Source: Actinomycetota bacterium
GTDB lineage: Bacteria; Actinomycetota; Humimicrobiia; Humimicrobiales; Humimicrobiaceae
Assembly: GCA_026392215.1 (NCBI GenBank)
Contig: JAPLCN010000124.1
Location: 1-62,651, forward strand
Direction of reading: 5' to 3'
DNA: 62,651 nt
Position 1 is the stretch's first letter. The number at the start of each line of letters is the position of its first letter. Below the pieces are notes generated by a model. It was not told the DNA's origin, ran no database searches, and was given only the letters and a program-made list of their open reading frames with translations. Of this stretch, positions 55,699-62,651 are shown piece after piece. A program made the translations under genes and the position numbers.

Positions 55699-56724
55699 TT
55701 ATGGCATGATTAGAAAAGCAGACGCTATTGAGCGCTCTCCTGTTATATCACACGGTCTATTGATAGTCTTGCTTTGATAATTTAAAGTCGTTGATGAACC
55801 ACCGTCAAGATTCGCAGCATTATATGCACCATACTTTAGAAAAATATTCTGAATATCCATATAATTTGCGCCAGCGCTGTATGACTGGCGGCCATCGATT
55901 ACCAGCAAAAGAATTGTACCGTCTTTTCTCTGCGCTATTGCGCTGCGTGGCGCCAGGTAAGTGCCTCCTTCTTTTACAAGTGGTTTTCCGTTCAATATAA
56001 GCGCTGGACCAAAAGAAATGGCACATCTTAAATTACTATTATTTATTTGATCAAGATTCATTGAGTTGCTGATAGTTAGAATATTATCTTTATTAAAGCC
56101 TATCACACTAAATGTTTTAAGCCCGTTTTGCATAAATTTAATTTTCCCGTTTTCAATAACAATTCCATTAGGATCTGCGCCCGTACCTGTTAAATTGTCA
56201 TCTAAAAAGCCTCCAGCATTTATGCCACCAATGGCCTTATATATATTTACTATTTCACTAAGGGGTGCACCAACCTGCCCAAGCTTGGGTGCTAACCCTA
56301 CAGTAACCTTTGATGGGTCGCTAACTTCCATAAGCTTGCCCTTAAAATTTTTACCGGTTATATCAATAATATTTATTCCAGTTATATCTTTAACTTGCGT
56401 CTCTTTGCTGTTTTGAGATTCTAAGACTTTATTAGTGCTATCAGACTGAACGGAATTATCTTTTTGTACTTTTATATTACTTAAATTTTCCTTATCATCT
56501 TTTACAACTGAATTGGTTTTAGCTAAAATATTATCTATTTCACCTTTGCTTAGAAACCATGTTGCAAAAAATTTATTTCTATTCGTGCTCATTGACATTG
56601 CAACAATATTGTATTTTAGTTTTACAAAGGGGCCGTGGTAAATGAGCAAAATTGAAAAAAAAGATAAAAATATAAGCATGCAAATAATAAAATGAAGTAA
56701 ATAAAAAATTATATTATGTTTCAA
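55699..56724 (-). CDS. Phosphodiester glycosidase family protein (DUF2233-like), membrane-anchored
   Basis: N-terminal TM helix. The C-terminal region reads GINAGGF...GPALILNGK...RSAIAQRKDGTILLLVIDGR...ANLDGGSSTTL...RSIASAFLI, typical of the family. Confidence 0.6.
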   Translation of the reverse strand: MKHNIIFYLLHFIICMLIFLSFFSILLIYHGPFVKLKYNIVAMSMSTNRNKFFATWFLSKGEIDNILAKTNSVVKDDKENLSNIKVQKDNSVQSDSTNKVLESQNSKETQVKDITGINIIDITGKNFKGKLMEVSDPSKVTVGLAPKLGQVGAPLSEIVNIYKAIGGINAGGFLDDNLTGTGADPNGIVIENGKIKFMQNGLKTFSVIGFNKDNILTISNSMNLDQINNSNLRCAISFGPALILNGKPLVKEGGTYLAPRSAIAQRKDGTILLLVIDGRQSYSAGANYMDIQNIFLKYGAYNAANLDGGSSTTLNYQSKTINRPCDITGERSIASAFLIMP

Positions 56725-57043
56725 ATTTATATTCTCCCAACGAATTTATTCATTTAACTTAACTATCTAATATATTAGCATATAAAGATGAGTTTTTTAT
56801 GAAGTTATAAGAATTTGCTTTCGGATCTCATAAGTATAAAGCATAGGGGCAGATATGTAGATAATTTTAACTTTTTAAAATCCAAAGTCGCGCTTCTGGA
56901 AGAAATATCAGAGAAAATAATTAAAATTAAAATTAAAAACTATAGAGAAGAATTAAAAAAGAATAAATAGATAAAGGGTAAAAGATTGAAAATTAAGGAG
57001 AATAAAAATATAATTATTTTAACGAAAAGGGTGCGGAAAGTGA

Positions 57044-57229
57044 GTTATAAGATTTTATGGGTTATATTTATTCCACAGCACTTCTTTTGATAAAAAAGGT
57101 AATTTAATTGAAGCAGAACAACAAAATTTAGGAAAACCTGTAAGCCATGGGTGTGTGAGGCTTGATTTAAATGACGAAAAGTGGCTATATGATACCTTAC
57201 CTTCAGGTGTAACTGTAAAAATTTATTAA
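57044..57229 (+). pseudogene. Remnant of an L,D-transpeptidase (YkuD) catalytic domain, C-terminal half only
   Basis: An open frame without a start codon reads ...GLYLFHSTSFDKKGNLIEAEQQNLGKPVSHGCVRLDLNDEKWLYDTLPSGVTVKIY-stop. It contains the H..-x(n)-SHGCVRL active-site signature. No upstream half is found in any frame. Confidence 0.6.
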
Positions 57230-57282
57230 GCTTTTAATTCATTTCTTATTTTTTAATATTTTTTATTTATAAAATATTTATT

Positions 57283-58131
57283 TTGCCTGATAAAAATATC
57301 AAAAATAAAGCAACTATTTTAAATTTACTTTTAAGCAATAAACTTATACCTTCAGAAAAAACAGCAAAGGCATATATTTTATCAGGAAATGTAACTGCTA
57401 ACGGGGTTTTAGTTGATAAACCCGGTACTCTGGTAAAAATAGATTCAATAATTGGGATAAAAGAAAAAATTCCATATGTTTCGCGAGGTGCAATCAAGCT
57501 TGGTGAAGCAGTAAAAGATTTTAAAATTGATTTGTCAGGCAGATACGCAATTGATTTTGGAGCATCTACAGGTGGTTTTACAGACTATTTAATAAAGAAC
57601 GGAGCAGCAAAAGTTATTGCAGTTGATGTCGGATACGGCCAGTTTGCCTGGGAGTTAAGAAATAAGGAAAATGTTATCTTATTTGAAAGAACAAATATAA
57701 AAAATCTTGAACCGGGAATGCTGCCTTTTATTCCTGATTTTGCAGTTGCAGACTTGTCTTTTATTTCGATAAGAAAAATTTTCTATAAAATTTTTGAATT
57801 AACAAGTCCAAATGCTGAAATTCTTTTATTGATAAAACCTCAATTTGAACTGGAAAAAGAATTAATTGAAAACAAGGGAGTTATTAAAAACATTAATCTG
57901 CATATTAAGGCTTTAAGCGATGTGATAAAATTTTTTAATGCTTGTATTGATATCAGTATATCAAAAATAAGTTTTTCAAAGATAAGAGGAGCAAAAGGCA
58001 ACATAGAATTCTGGGTTTACTTAAGAAAAATAAATAATGATATTACAGAAAAAAAAGGTTTAAGTTATGATAAAATAATTGAGGGTGTTGCATTAGAAGC
58101 GCATGAATATTTTTCAAAAAAATTAAAATAA
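57283..58131 (+). CDS. tlyA: TlyA family rRNA (cytidine-2'-O)-methyltransferase
   Basis: S4-like N-terminus, YVSRGAIKL, the SAM motif DFGASTGGFTDYL and LIKPQFE. The TTG start is uncertain (no SD). Confidence 0.85.
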   Translation: MPDKNIKNKATILNLLLSNKLIPSEKTAKAYILSGNVTANGVLVDKPGTLVKIDSIIGIKEKIPYVSRGAIKLGEAVKDFKIDLSGRYAIDFGASTGGFTDYLIKNGAAKVIAVDVGYGQFAWELRNKENVILFERTNIKNLEPGMLPFIPDFAVADLSFISIRKIFYKIFELTSPNAEILLLIKPQFELEKELIENKGVIKNINLHIKALSDVIKFFNACIDISISKISFSKIRGAKGNIEFWVYLRKINNDITEKKGLSYDKIIEGVALEAHEYFSKKLK

Positions 58132-58141
58132 TTTTTTAGAT

Positions 58142-59011
58142 ATGAAATCAATAGGGTTAATTTCAAACAATGAAAACATAAAGGCAATTAACATTGCCAA
58201 GGATATATATGATTACCTGACACTAAAAAAGATAAAAGTATTTTTACTTGAAAGCGATGAGCTTCCAAAAAAGCATAATCTTTCCATGGTTGATGAAGAA
58301 GATTTTAAAAAAAGCATTGAAGCCCTGATTTCTGTCGGAGGAGATGGCACATTCTTAAGGGCGGCAAGGCACGCTTTTAAAAATAATATTCCCATAATGG
58401 GAGTAAATGTCGGTAAACTTGGATTTCTTGCTGAAATAAATATTTCCGATATGTATGATTCCCTTGATAAAATAATAAACAATAACTTTGAAATTGAAAA
58501 AAGAATGCTGATTTCAGGAATGCTGTTTAGAGATAAAAAATTAGTTGATGAAAATAACTGCCCTTATCTTGCATTAAATGATTTTGTAATAACAAAATCT
58601 CTGCTTGAAAAGATAATTGAAATAAAAATAATAATAAATGGTGTTTCTCTTGTAAGTTATGGGGCTGATGGTGTTATCATATCAACTCCCACAGGCTCAA
58701 CAGCATATTCATTATCTGCAGGAGGCCCGGTAGTTGAACCCAAGAATGAATCAATTGTAATTACTCCTATTTGCGCGCATACATTATTCAGCCGAAGTCT
58801 GGTGATAAGCCCGGATAACCAGATAGAAATACAGATAAATTCCCAAAAAACTAAAGTGAATTTAAATATTGATGGCAAAAAAATAGATTTTGAAGTATTA
58901 AACGGAGATATTTTCAAAGTAGGGAAATCAGGATATAAGTTAAACTTAATTACTTTTAACAAGAATATATTTTTCAAGATATTTAAAGAAAAACTAATAG
59001 GCAAAGATTAA
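58142..59011 (+). CDS. nadK: NAD kinase
   Basis: GGDGTFLRAAR, NVGKLGFL, DGVIISTPTGSTAYSLSAGGP. Confidence 0.92.
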   Translation: MKSIGLISNNENIKAINIAKDIYDYLTLKKIKVFLLESDELPKKHNLSMVDEEDFKKSIEALISVGGDGTFLRAARHAFKNNIPIMGVNVGKLGFLAEINISDMYDSLDKIINNNFEIEKRMLISGMLFRDKKLVDENNCPYLALNDFVITKSLLEKIIEIKIIINGVSLVSYGADGVIISTPTGSTAYSLSAGGPVVEPKNESIVITPICAHTLFSRSLVISPDNQIEIQINSQKTKVNLNIDGKKIDFEVLNGDIFKVGKSGYKLNLITFNKNIFFKIFKEKLIGKD

Positions 59012-59050
59012 AAAGATAAAAAAATATTATTTAAATCCCTTTCTTTTATA

Positions 59051-60802
59051 ATGCTAAAAGAACTTCAGGTAAAAAATTTTGCAATTATAGATGATGCTAA
59101 AATAAAATTTAGCAGCGGGCTTAATATCCTTACCGGTGAAACCGGAGCCGGGAAAACATTAATCATAGAAGCCATGAATCTTCTTATTGGAGAAAGGGCA
59201 GATTCAAGCTTAATCAGGGAAAACGAAGAAAGCTTACTGGTTCAGGGATTTTTTGATTTTTCAGGCAATACACAAGTTCAGGACTTTCTGCTTAAAGAAG
59301 GATTTATTGAATCCGGAGATAATACAGATGATATTGCGATCTCCAGGGAATTAAATCGAAATGGCAGGAACCGGGCATTTATAAATGGAATTTTTACGCA
59401 GGCAAACAATTTAAAAGTATTGGGAAAATTTTTTATAGATATTCACGGGCAGCATGAACACCAATATCTTCTTGAGCAAAAAACACATTTAAATATAATT
59501 GACAGGCTTGGAAAATTAAAGCTTCTTGAGCTTAAAAACGAATACAATATTGAACTTGAAAACTATCTGGAAGAAAAGAAACAGATTGATGAATTAAAAC
59601 AGCTTCAACTACGAAAAATTGAAAGACTTGAAGATCTGAAATTCCGTTTAAAAGAAATTGAAGAACTTAGTTTAAAAGAAAATGAAGACGAGGCTCTTGA
59701 AAATGAAAAAAATATATTAAAAAATTCAGAAAAAATATTTCAGTATTCCAATGAATGTTTGAAATTGTTAAACGGAGATGAAAACCAGGGGCTATCATTA
59801 ATAGATGCTTCTGTTTTGCTTTTAAAAAACTTAAACGAACTTTTAATAATTGATAAAAACCTGAGTAAATTCATTGAAGAGCTTTCGGGCTTTTCAACCT
59901 CGTTAGACGAATTAAACCGTTATTTAAACAGCTATATTATTGATTTTGAATTCAGCCCACGAAAACTTGAATCCATACAGGAAAGAATTTTTACCATTAA
60001 TGAAATTAAGAAAAAATATAATATGCAGATAACAGATCTTCTGGATTATGCAAACAAACTTAAAGAAGAAATAATCAGTTTTGAGGAAATTGATGGCACA
60101 ATAGATTTAAAATTAAAAAATTTTGAAAACAGCAGGAACATTGTACTGGATAAAGCAATTAAATTATCAGGGTATAGAAAAGAAATTATTAAAAATTTTG
60201 AAGCTCAAATAAAAAAAGAACTGCTTGATTTGAGTTTTAAATCTGTAAAGTTTGAAGTTGAAGCACGATTTATAAATGGAGATGATGCTTTAATTAACGG
60301 GACTAGCATCAGATTTACAAAAAACGGAATTGATGATTTGGAGTTTTTAATATCTTTAAACATAGGGGAAAGCCTTAAAAGCTTAAATAAAGTTGCTTCA
60401 GGAGGTGAAATTTCCAGAATAATGCTTGCCTTAAAGAGTATAATCAGCAAGGTTGATAATATAAATACCATGGTCTTTGATGAAATTGATACCGGTATAG
60501 GCGGAGAAACTGCTGCAATTGTAGGAGAAAAGTTATTTAAGATTTCTGAAAACAAGCAGGTTATATGCATTACTCATCTTGCGCAGATAGCATGTTTTGC
60601 AGACAGACATTTATTTATTAATAAATATATTGAAAAAAATAAGACAAAGATTAATATAAGCATTTTAAGCGAACAGGAAAAGATACAGGAAATATCACGT
60701 ATGTTAAGCGGAAGAAAAGAAAGCGATATTTCTTTGATGCATGCTGAAGAACTGATTAATCAAAGCATCAATCTTAAGGTTAAATTAAAGGAGGCTAATT
60801 AA
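59051..60802 (+). CDS. recN: DNA repair protein RecN
   Basis: Walker A GETGAGKT, a long coiled-coil middle, the SMC signature ASGGEISRIMLA and Walker B MVFDEIDTGIGG. Confidence 0.92.
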   Translation: MLKELQVKNFAIIDDAKIKFSSGLNILTGETGAGKTLIIEAMNLLIGERADSSLIRENEESLLVQGFFDFSGNTQVQDFLLKEGFIESGDNTDDIAISRELNRNGRNRAFINGIFTQANNLKVLGKFFIDIHGQHEHQYLLEQKTHLNIIDRLGKLKLLELKNEYNIELENYLEEKKQIDELKQLQLRKIERLEDLKFRLKEIEELSLKENEDEALENEKNILKNSEKIFQYSNECLKLLNGDENQGLSLIDASVLLLKNLNELLIIDKNLSKFIEELSGFSTSLDELNRYLNSYIIDFEFSPRKLESIQERIFTINEIKKKYNMQITDLLDYANKLKEEIISFEEIDGTIDLKLKNFENSRNIVLDKAIKLSGYRKEIIKNFEAQIKKELLDLSFKSVKFEVEARFINGDDALINGTSIRFTKNGIDDLEFLISLNIGESLKSLNKVASGGEISRIMLALKSIISKVDNINTMVFDEIDTGIGGETAAIVGEKLFKISENKQVICITHLAQIACFADRHLFINKYIEKNKTKINISILSEQEKIQEISRMLSGRKESDISLMHAEELINQSINLKVKLKEAN

Positions 60803-60805
60803 ATT

Positions 60806-62419
60806 TTGGATACAAAATTCATATTTGTAACCGGTGGAGTTTTATCATCGCTGGGTAAGGGTATTTGTGCAGCTTCTTTAGGAAGGCTCTTAAAATCAAG
60901 AGGTTTAAATGTTACAATACAAAAGTTTGACCCGTATATAAACATAGACCCTGGCACGATGAATCCTTTTCAGCATGGTGAGGTTTTTGTTACCGATGAT
61001 GGCGGTGAAACTGATCTGGATTTAGGCCATTATGAGAGGTTTATTGATGAAAATCTTTCAAAATATAATAATTTTACTTCAGGAAAGATTTATAAGACGG
61101 TTATAGATAATGAACGCCGTGGTGATTATCTTGGCAACACAGTTCAGGTTATTCCTCATGTTACAGATGAAATAAAAAACAGCATTAAAAAGACTCTTAC
61201 CACAAAAAAATCAGATATTGTTATAACTGAAATCGGCGGAACGGTCGGAGATATTGAAAGCCTCCCTTTTCTTGAAGCAATAAGGCAGTTTAAAAAGGAT
61301 ATAGGCAAGGAAAATGTCCTGTATGTTCATGTTACTTATGTGCCTTATTTAAAAACAAGCGATGAATTAAAAACCAAGCCTACACAACACAGCGTTAAAG
61401 AATTAAGGAGTATTGGGATTCAACCTGACATCATTATCTGCAGAAGCGAAGTTGCAATAAATGATGGCATCAAGAGCAAGATAAGTCTTTTTTGCGATAT
61501 AGAGAAAGAGGCAATAATAAGTGCAACTGATGCAAAACATCTATATGAAATCCCTTTAAACTTAAGAGCAGAAGGGCTTGATGAAATTGTAATATCAATG
61601 CTTGATCTGAAATGCAAAAAAGCTGATTTAGGCTCATGGGAAAAAATAGTGGAAACACTGCATAATTTAAAAGGAAAAGTAGTAATAGGAATTGTAGGCA
61701 AATATACAAATTTAAGAGATGCATATATCAGCATTGTTGAATCTTTAAACCATGGAGGCTATTTTTATAATACGAACGTTGAAATTAAATGGATTAATGC
61801 TGAAACACTGGATGATAATTTTAATGGAAGCGAATTATTTGCAGATGTTCACGGGATCGTGGTTCCTGGCGGTTTTGGGATAAGAGGCATTAACGGCAAA
61901 GTAAACGCTATAAAATATGCAAGAGAAAATAAAATTCCATTCCTGGGAATATGCCTTGGAATGCAGTGCGCAGTTATTGAATTTTCAAGAAACATTATCG
62001 GACTTAAAAATGCTAACAGTTCCGAATTCGATCCCGAAACAAAAGATCCTGTAATAGATTTAATGCCTGATCAGCAAAGAATTAATAATAAAGGCGGAAC
62101 AATGAGACTTGGCAGGTATCCATGCCGGTTAAAAGAAAATACAAAAGCTTATACTGCATATAAAGAAGAATTGATATATGAAAGGCACAGGCATAGATTT
62201 GAATTAAACAATGTTTACCGATGCCTACTTGAAAAAAATGGAATGGTTATTTCCGGAATTTATCCTGATAAAGATCTTGTAGAAATTATTGAACTTAAAG
62301 ATCATCCCTGGTTTGTGGGAGTTCAGTTTCACCCGGAATTTAAATCAAGGCCGGACAGGCCGCATCCGTTATTTAGAGAGTTTGTAGCAGCTGCAATTAA
62401 AAACGGGACATTATTTTAA
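60806..62419 (+). CDS. pyrG: CTP synthase PyrG
   Basis: [25 protein letters not shown] and the glutaminase domain GICLGMQ...HRHRFE. TTG start 11 nt after GGAGG. Confidence 0.95.
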   Translation: MDTKFIFVTGGVLSSLGKGICAASLGRLLKSRGLNVTIQKFDPYINIDPGTMNPFQHGEVFVTDDGGETDLDLGHYERFIDENLSKYNNFTSGKIYKTVIDNERRGDYLGNTVQVIPHVTDEIKNSIKKTLTTKKSDIVITEIGGTVGDIESLPFLEAIRQFKKDIGKENVLYVHVTYVPYLKTSDELKTKPTQHSVKELRSIGIQPDIIICRSEVAINDGIKSKISLFCDIEKEAIISATDAKHLYEIPLNLRAEGLDEIVISMLDLKCKKADLGSWEKIVETLHNLKGKVVIGIVGKYTNLRDAYISIVESLNHGGYFYNTNVEIKWINAETLDDNFNGSELFADVHGIVVPGGFGIRGINGKVNAIKYARENKIPFLGICLGMQCAVIEFSRNIIGLKNANSSEFDPETKDPVIDLMPDQQRINNKGGTMRLGRYPCRLKENTKAYTAYKEELIYERHRHRFELNNVYRCLLEKNGMVISGIYPDKDLVEIIELKDHPWFVGVQFHPEFKSRPDRPHPLFREFVAAAIKNGTLF

Positions 62420-62480
62420 GAAAAGCAAAGGGACGGTTCTCTTGCTTCCTAATAATACTATCTGTAAATGAGCAACTAAG

Positions 62481-62651
62481 TTGAGAAAATTAATAATTGC
62501 AATTGGAACCATTACAATGGTAGTGGTAATAATTTTTTCGCCGCTATTATATTACGTTTTTAATATAAATTATTATCTAAGCCTTTATGAGAAAAATGGA
62601 GTATTTGAGTTTGTTGACAGGCAGGATGCAATAAGATTAACTGAAGGCTTA
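62481..62651 (+). CDS. 5' part of a membrane protein gene (partial, runs off the window end)
   Basis: The TTG-initiated frame reads LRKLIIAIGTITMVVVIIFSPLLYYVFNINYYLSLYEKNGVFEFVDRQDAIRLTEGL, open to the window edge with one clear TM helix. Family not established. Confidence 0.3.
   Translation, partial: MRKLIIAIGTITMVVVIIFSPLLYYVFNINYYLSLYEKNGVFEFVDRQDAIRLTEGL

Noticed and set aside
58213-61734. Antisense ORFs within nadK (58213-58482, 58657-59004), recN (60205-60570) and pyrG (61420-61734, 61470-61724).
   Set aside because: They are shadows of conserved genes with no motifs or ribosome-binding sites.
62424-62447. Possible terminator hairpin after pyrG (AAGCAA...TTGCTT).
   Set aside because: It has only 6 bp with a 12-nt loop and no downstream T-run, which is too weak to call.

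Overview
This is a low-GC (roughly 30% by eye), gene-dense bacterial chromosome segment with about 55 protein genes. I recognised no rRNA, tRNA, CRISPR array, transposase or integrase. Left end (1-14.2 kb): a four-subunit group-3b-type [NiFe]-hydrogenase operon (hydBGDA-like) plus its maturation endopeptidase. It is preceded by a hypB-like gene tail and faces a convergent hypF-hypC-hypD-hypE operon. That operon lies downstream of a membrane-anchored CBM9-like protein and an EF-G paralogue. Middle (14.5-50.8 kb): one long plus-strand housekeeping block with Firmicutes/Clostridia-like gene order. The order is lemA-htpX, pdxS-pdxT, yebC-ruvC-ruvA-ruvB-queA-tgt-yajC-secD-secF-recJ-rel-MBL hydrolase-hisS-aspS, then alaS-ruvX-mltG-O-methyltransferase-U32 peptidase, acyP and aroE. 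A GspG-like pilin plus prepilin peptidase follows, then aroC-aroK-aroB-aroQ, pepP-efp-nusB and a URO-D-like gene. Right part (51-57.3 kb): a small accessory island of secreted or membrane-anchored cell-envelope enzymes (PIG-L deacetylase, CHAP amidase, a compositionally foreign FISUMP lipoprotein, an unknown protein, a phosphodiester glycosidase and an L,D-transpeptidase remnant). It is followed by tlyA-nadK-recN-pyrG. No clearly novel multi-gene system stands out. The items most worth a second look are: (1) two G/C-rich, helix-rich islands in AT-rich spacers (5105-5330 and 33913-34184) that look like unassigned structured RNAs; (2) a pilin whose leader peptide and body lie in different frames at an A5GG tract; (3) genes whose coding sequence clearly extends upstream to SD-preceded ATT codons (ruvB, the FISUMP lipoprotein) or to no canonical start at all (pepP); (4) an EF-G paralogue with Tyr in place of the catalytic His; (5) a perfect palindrome inside the hydrogenase core promoter; (6) a triplicated N-terminal module in RecJ. 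All calls come from reading the sequence and translations by eye. No database search was run.
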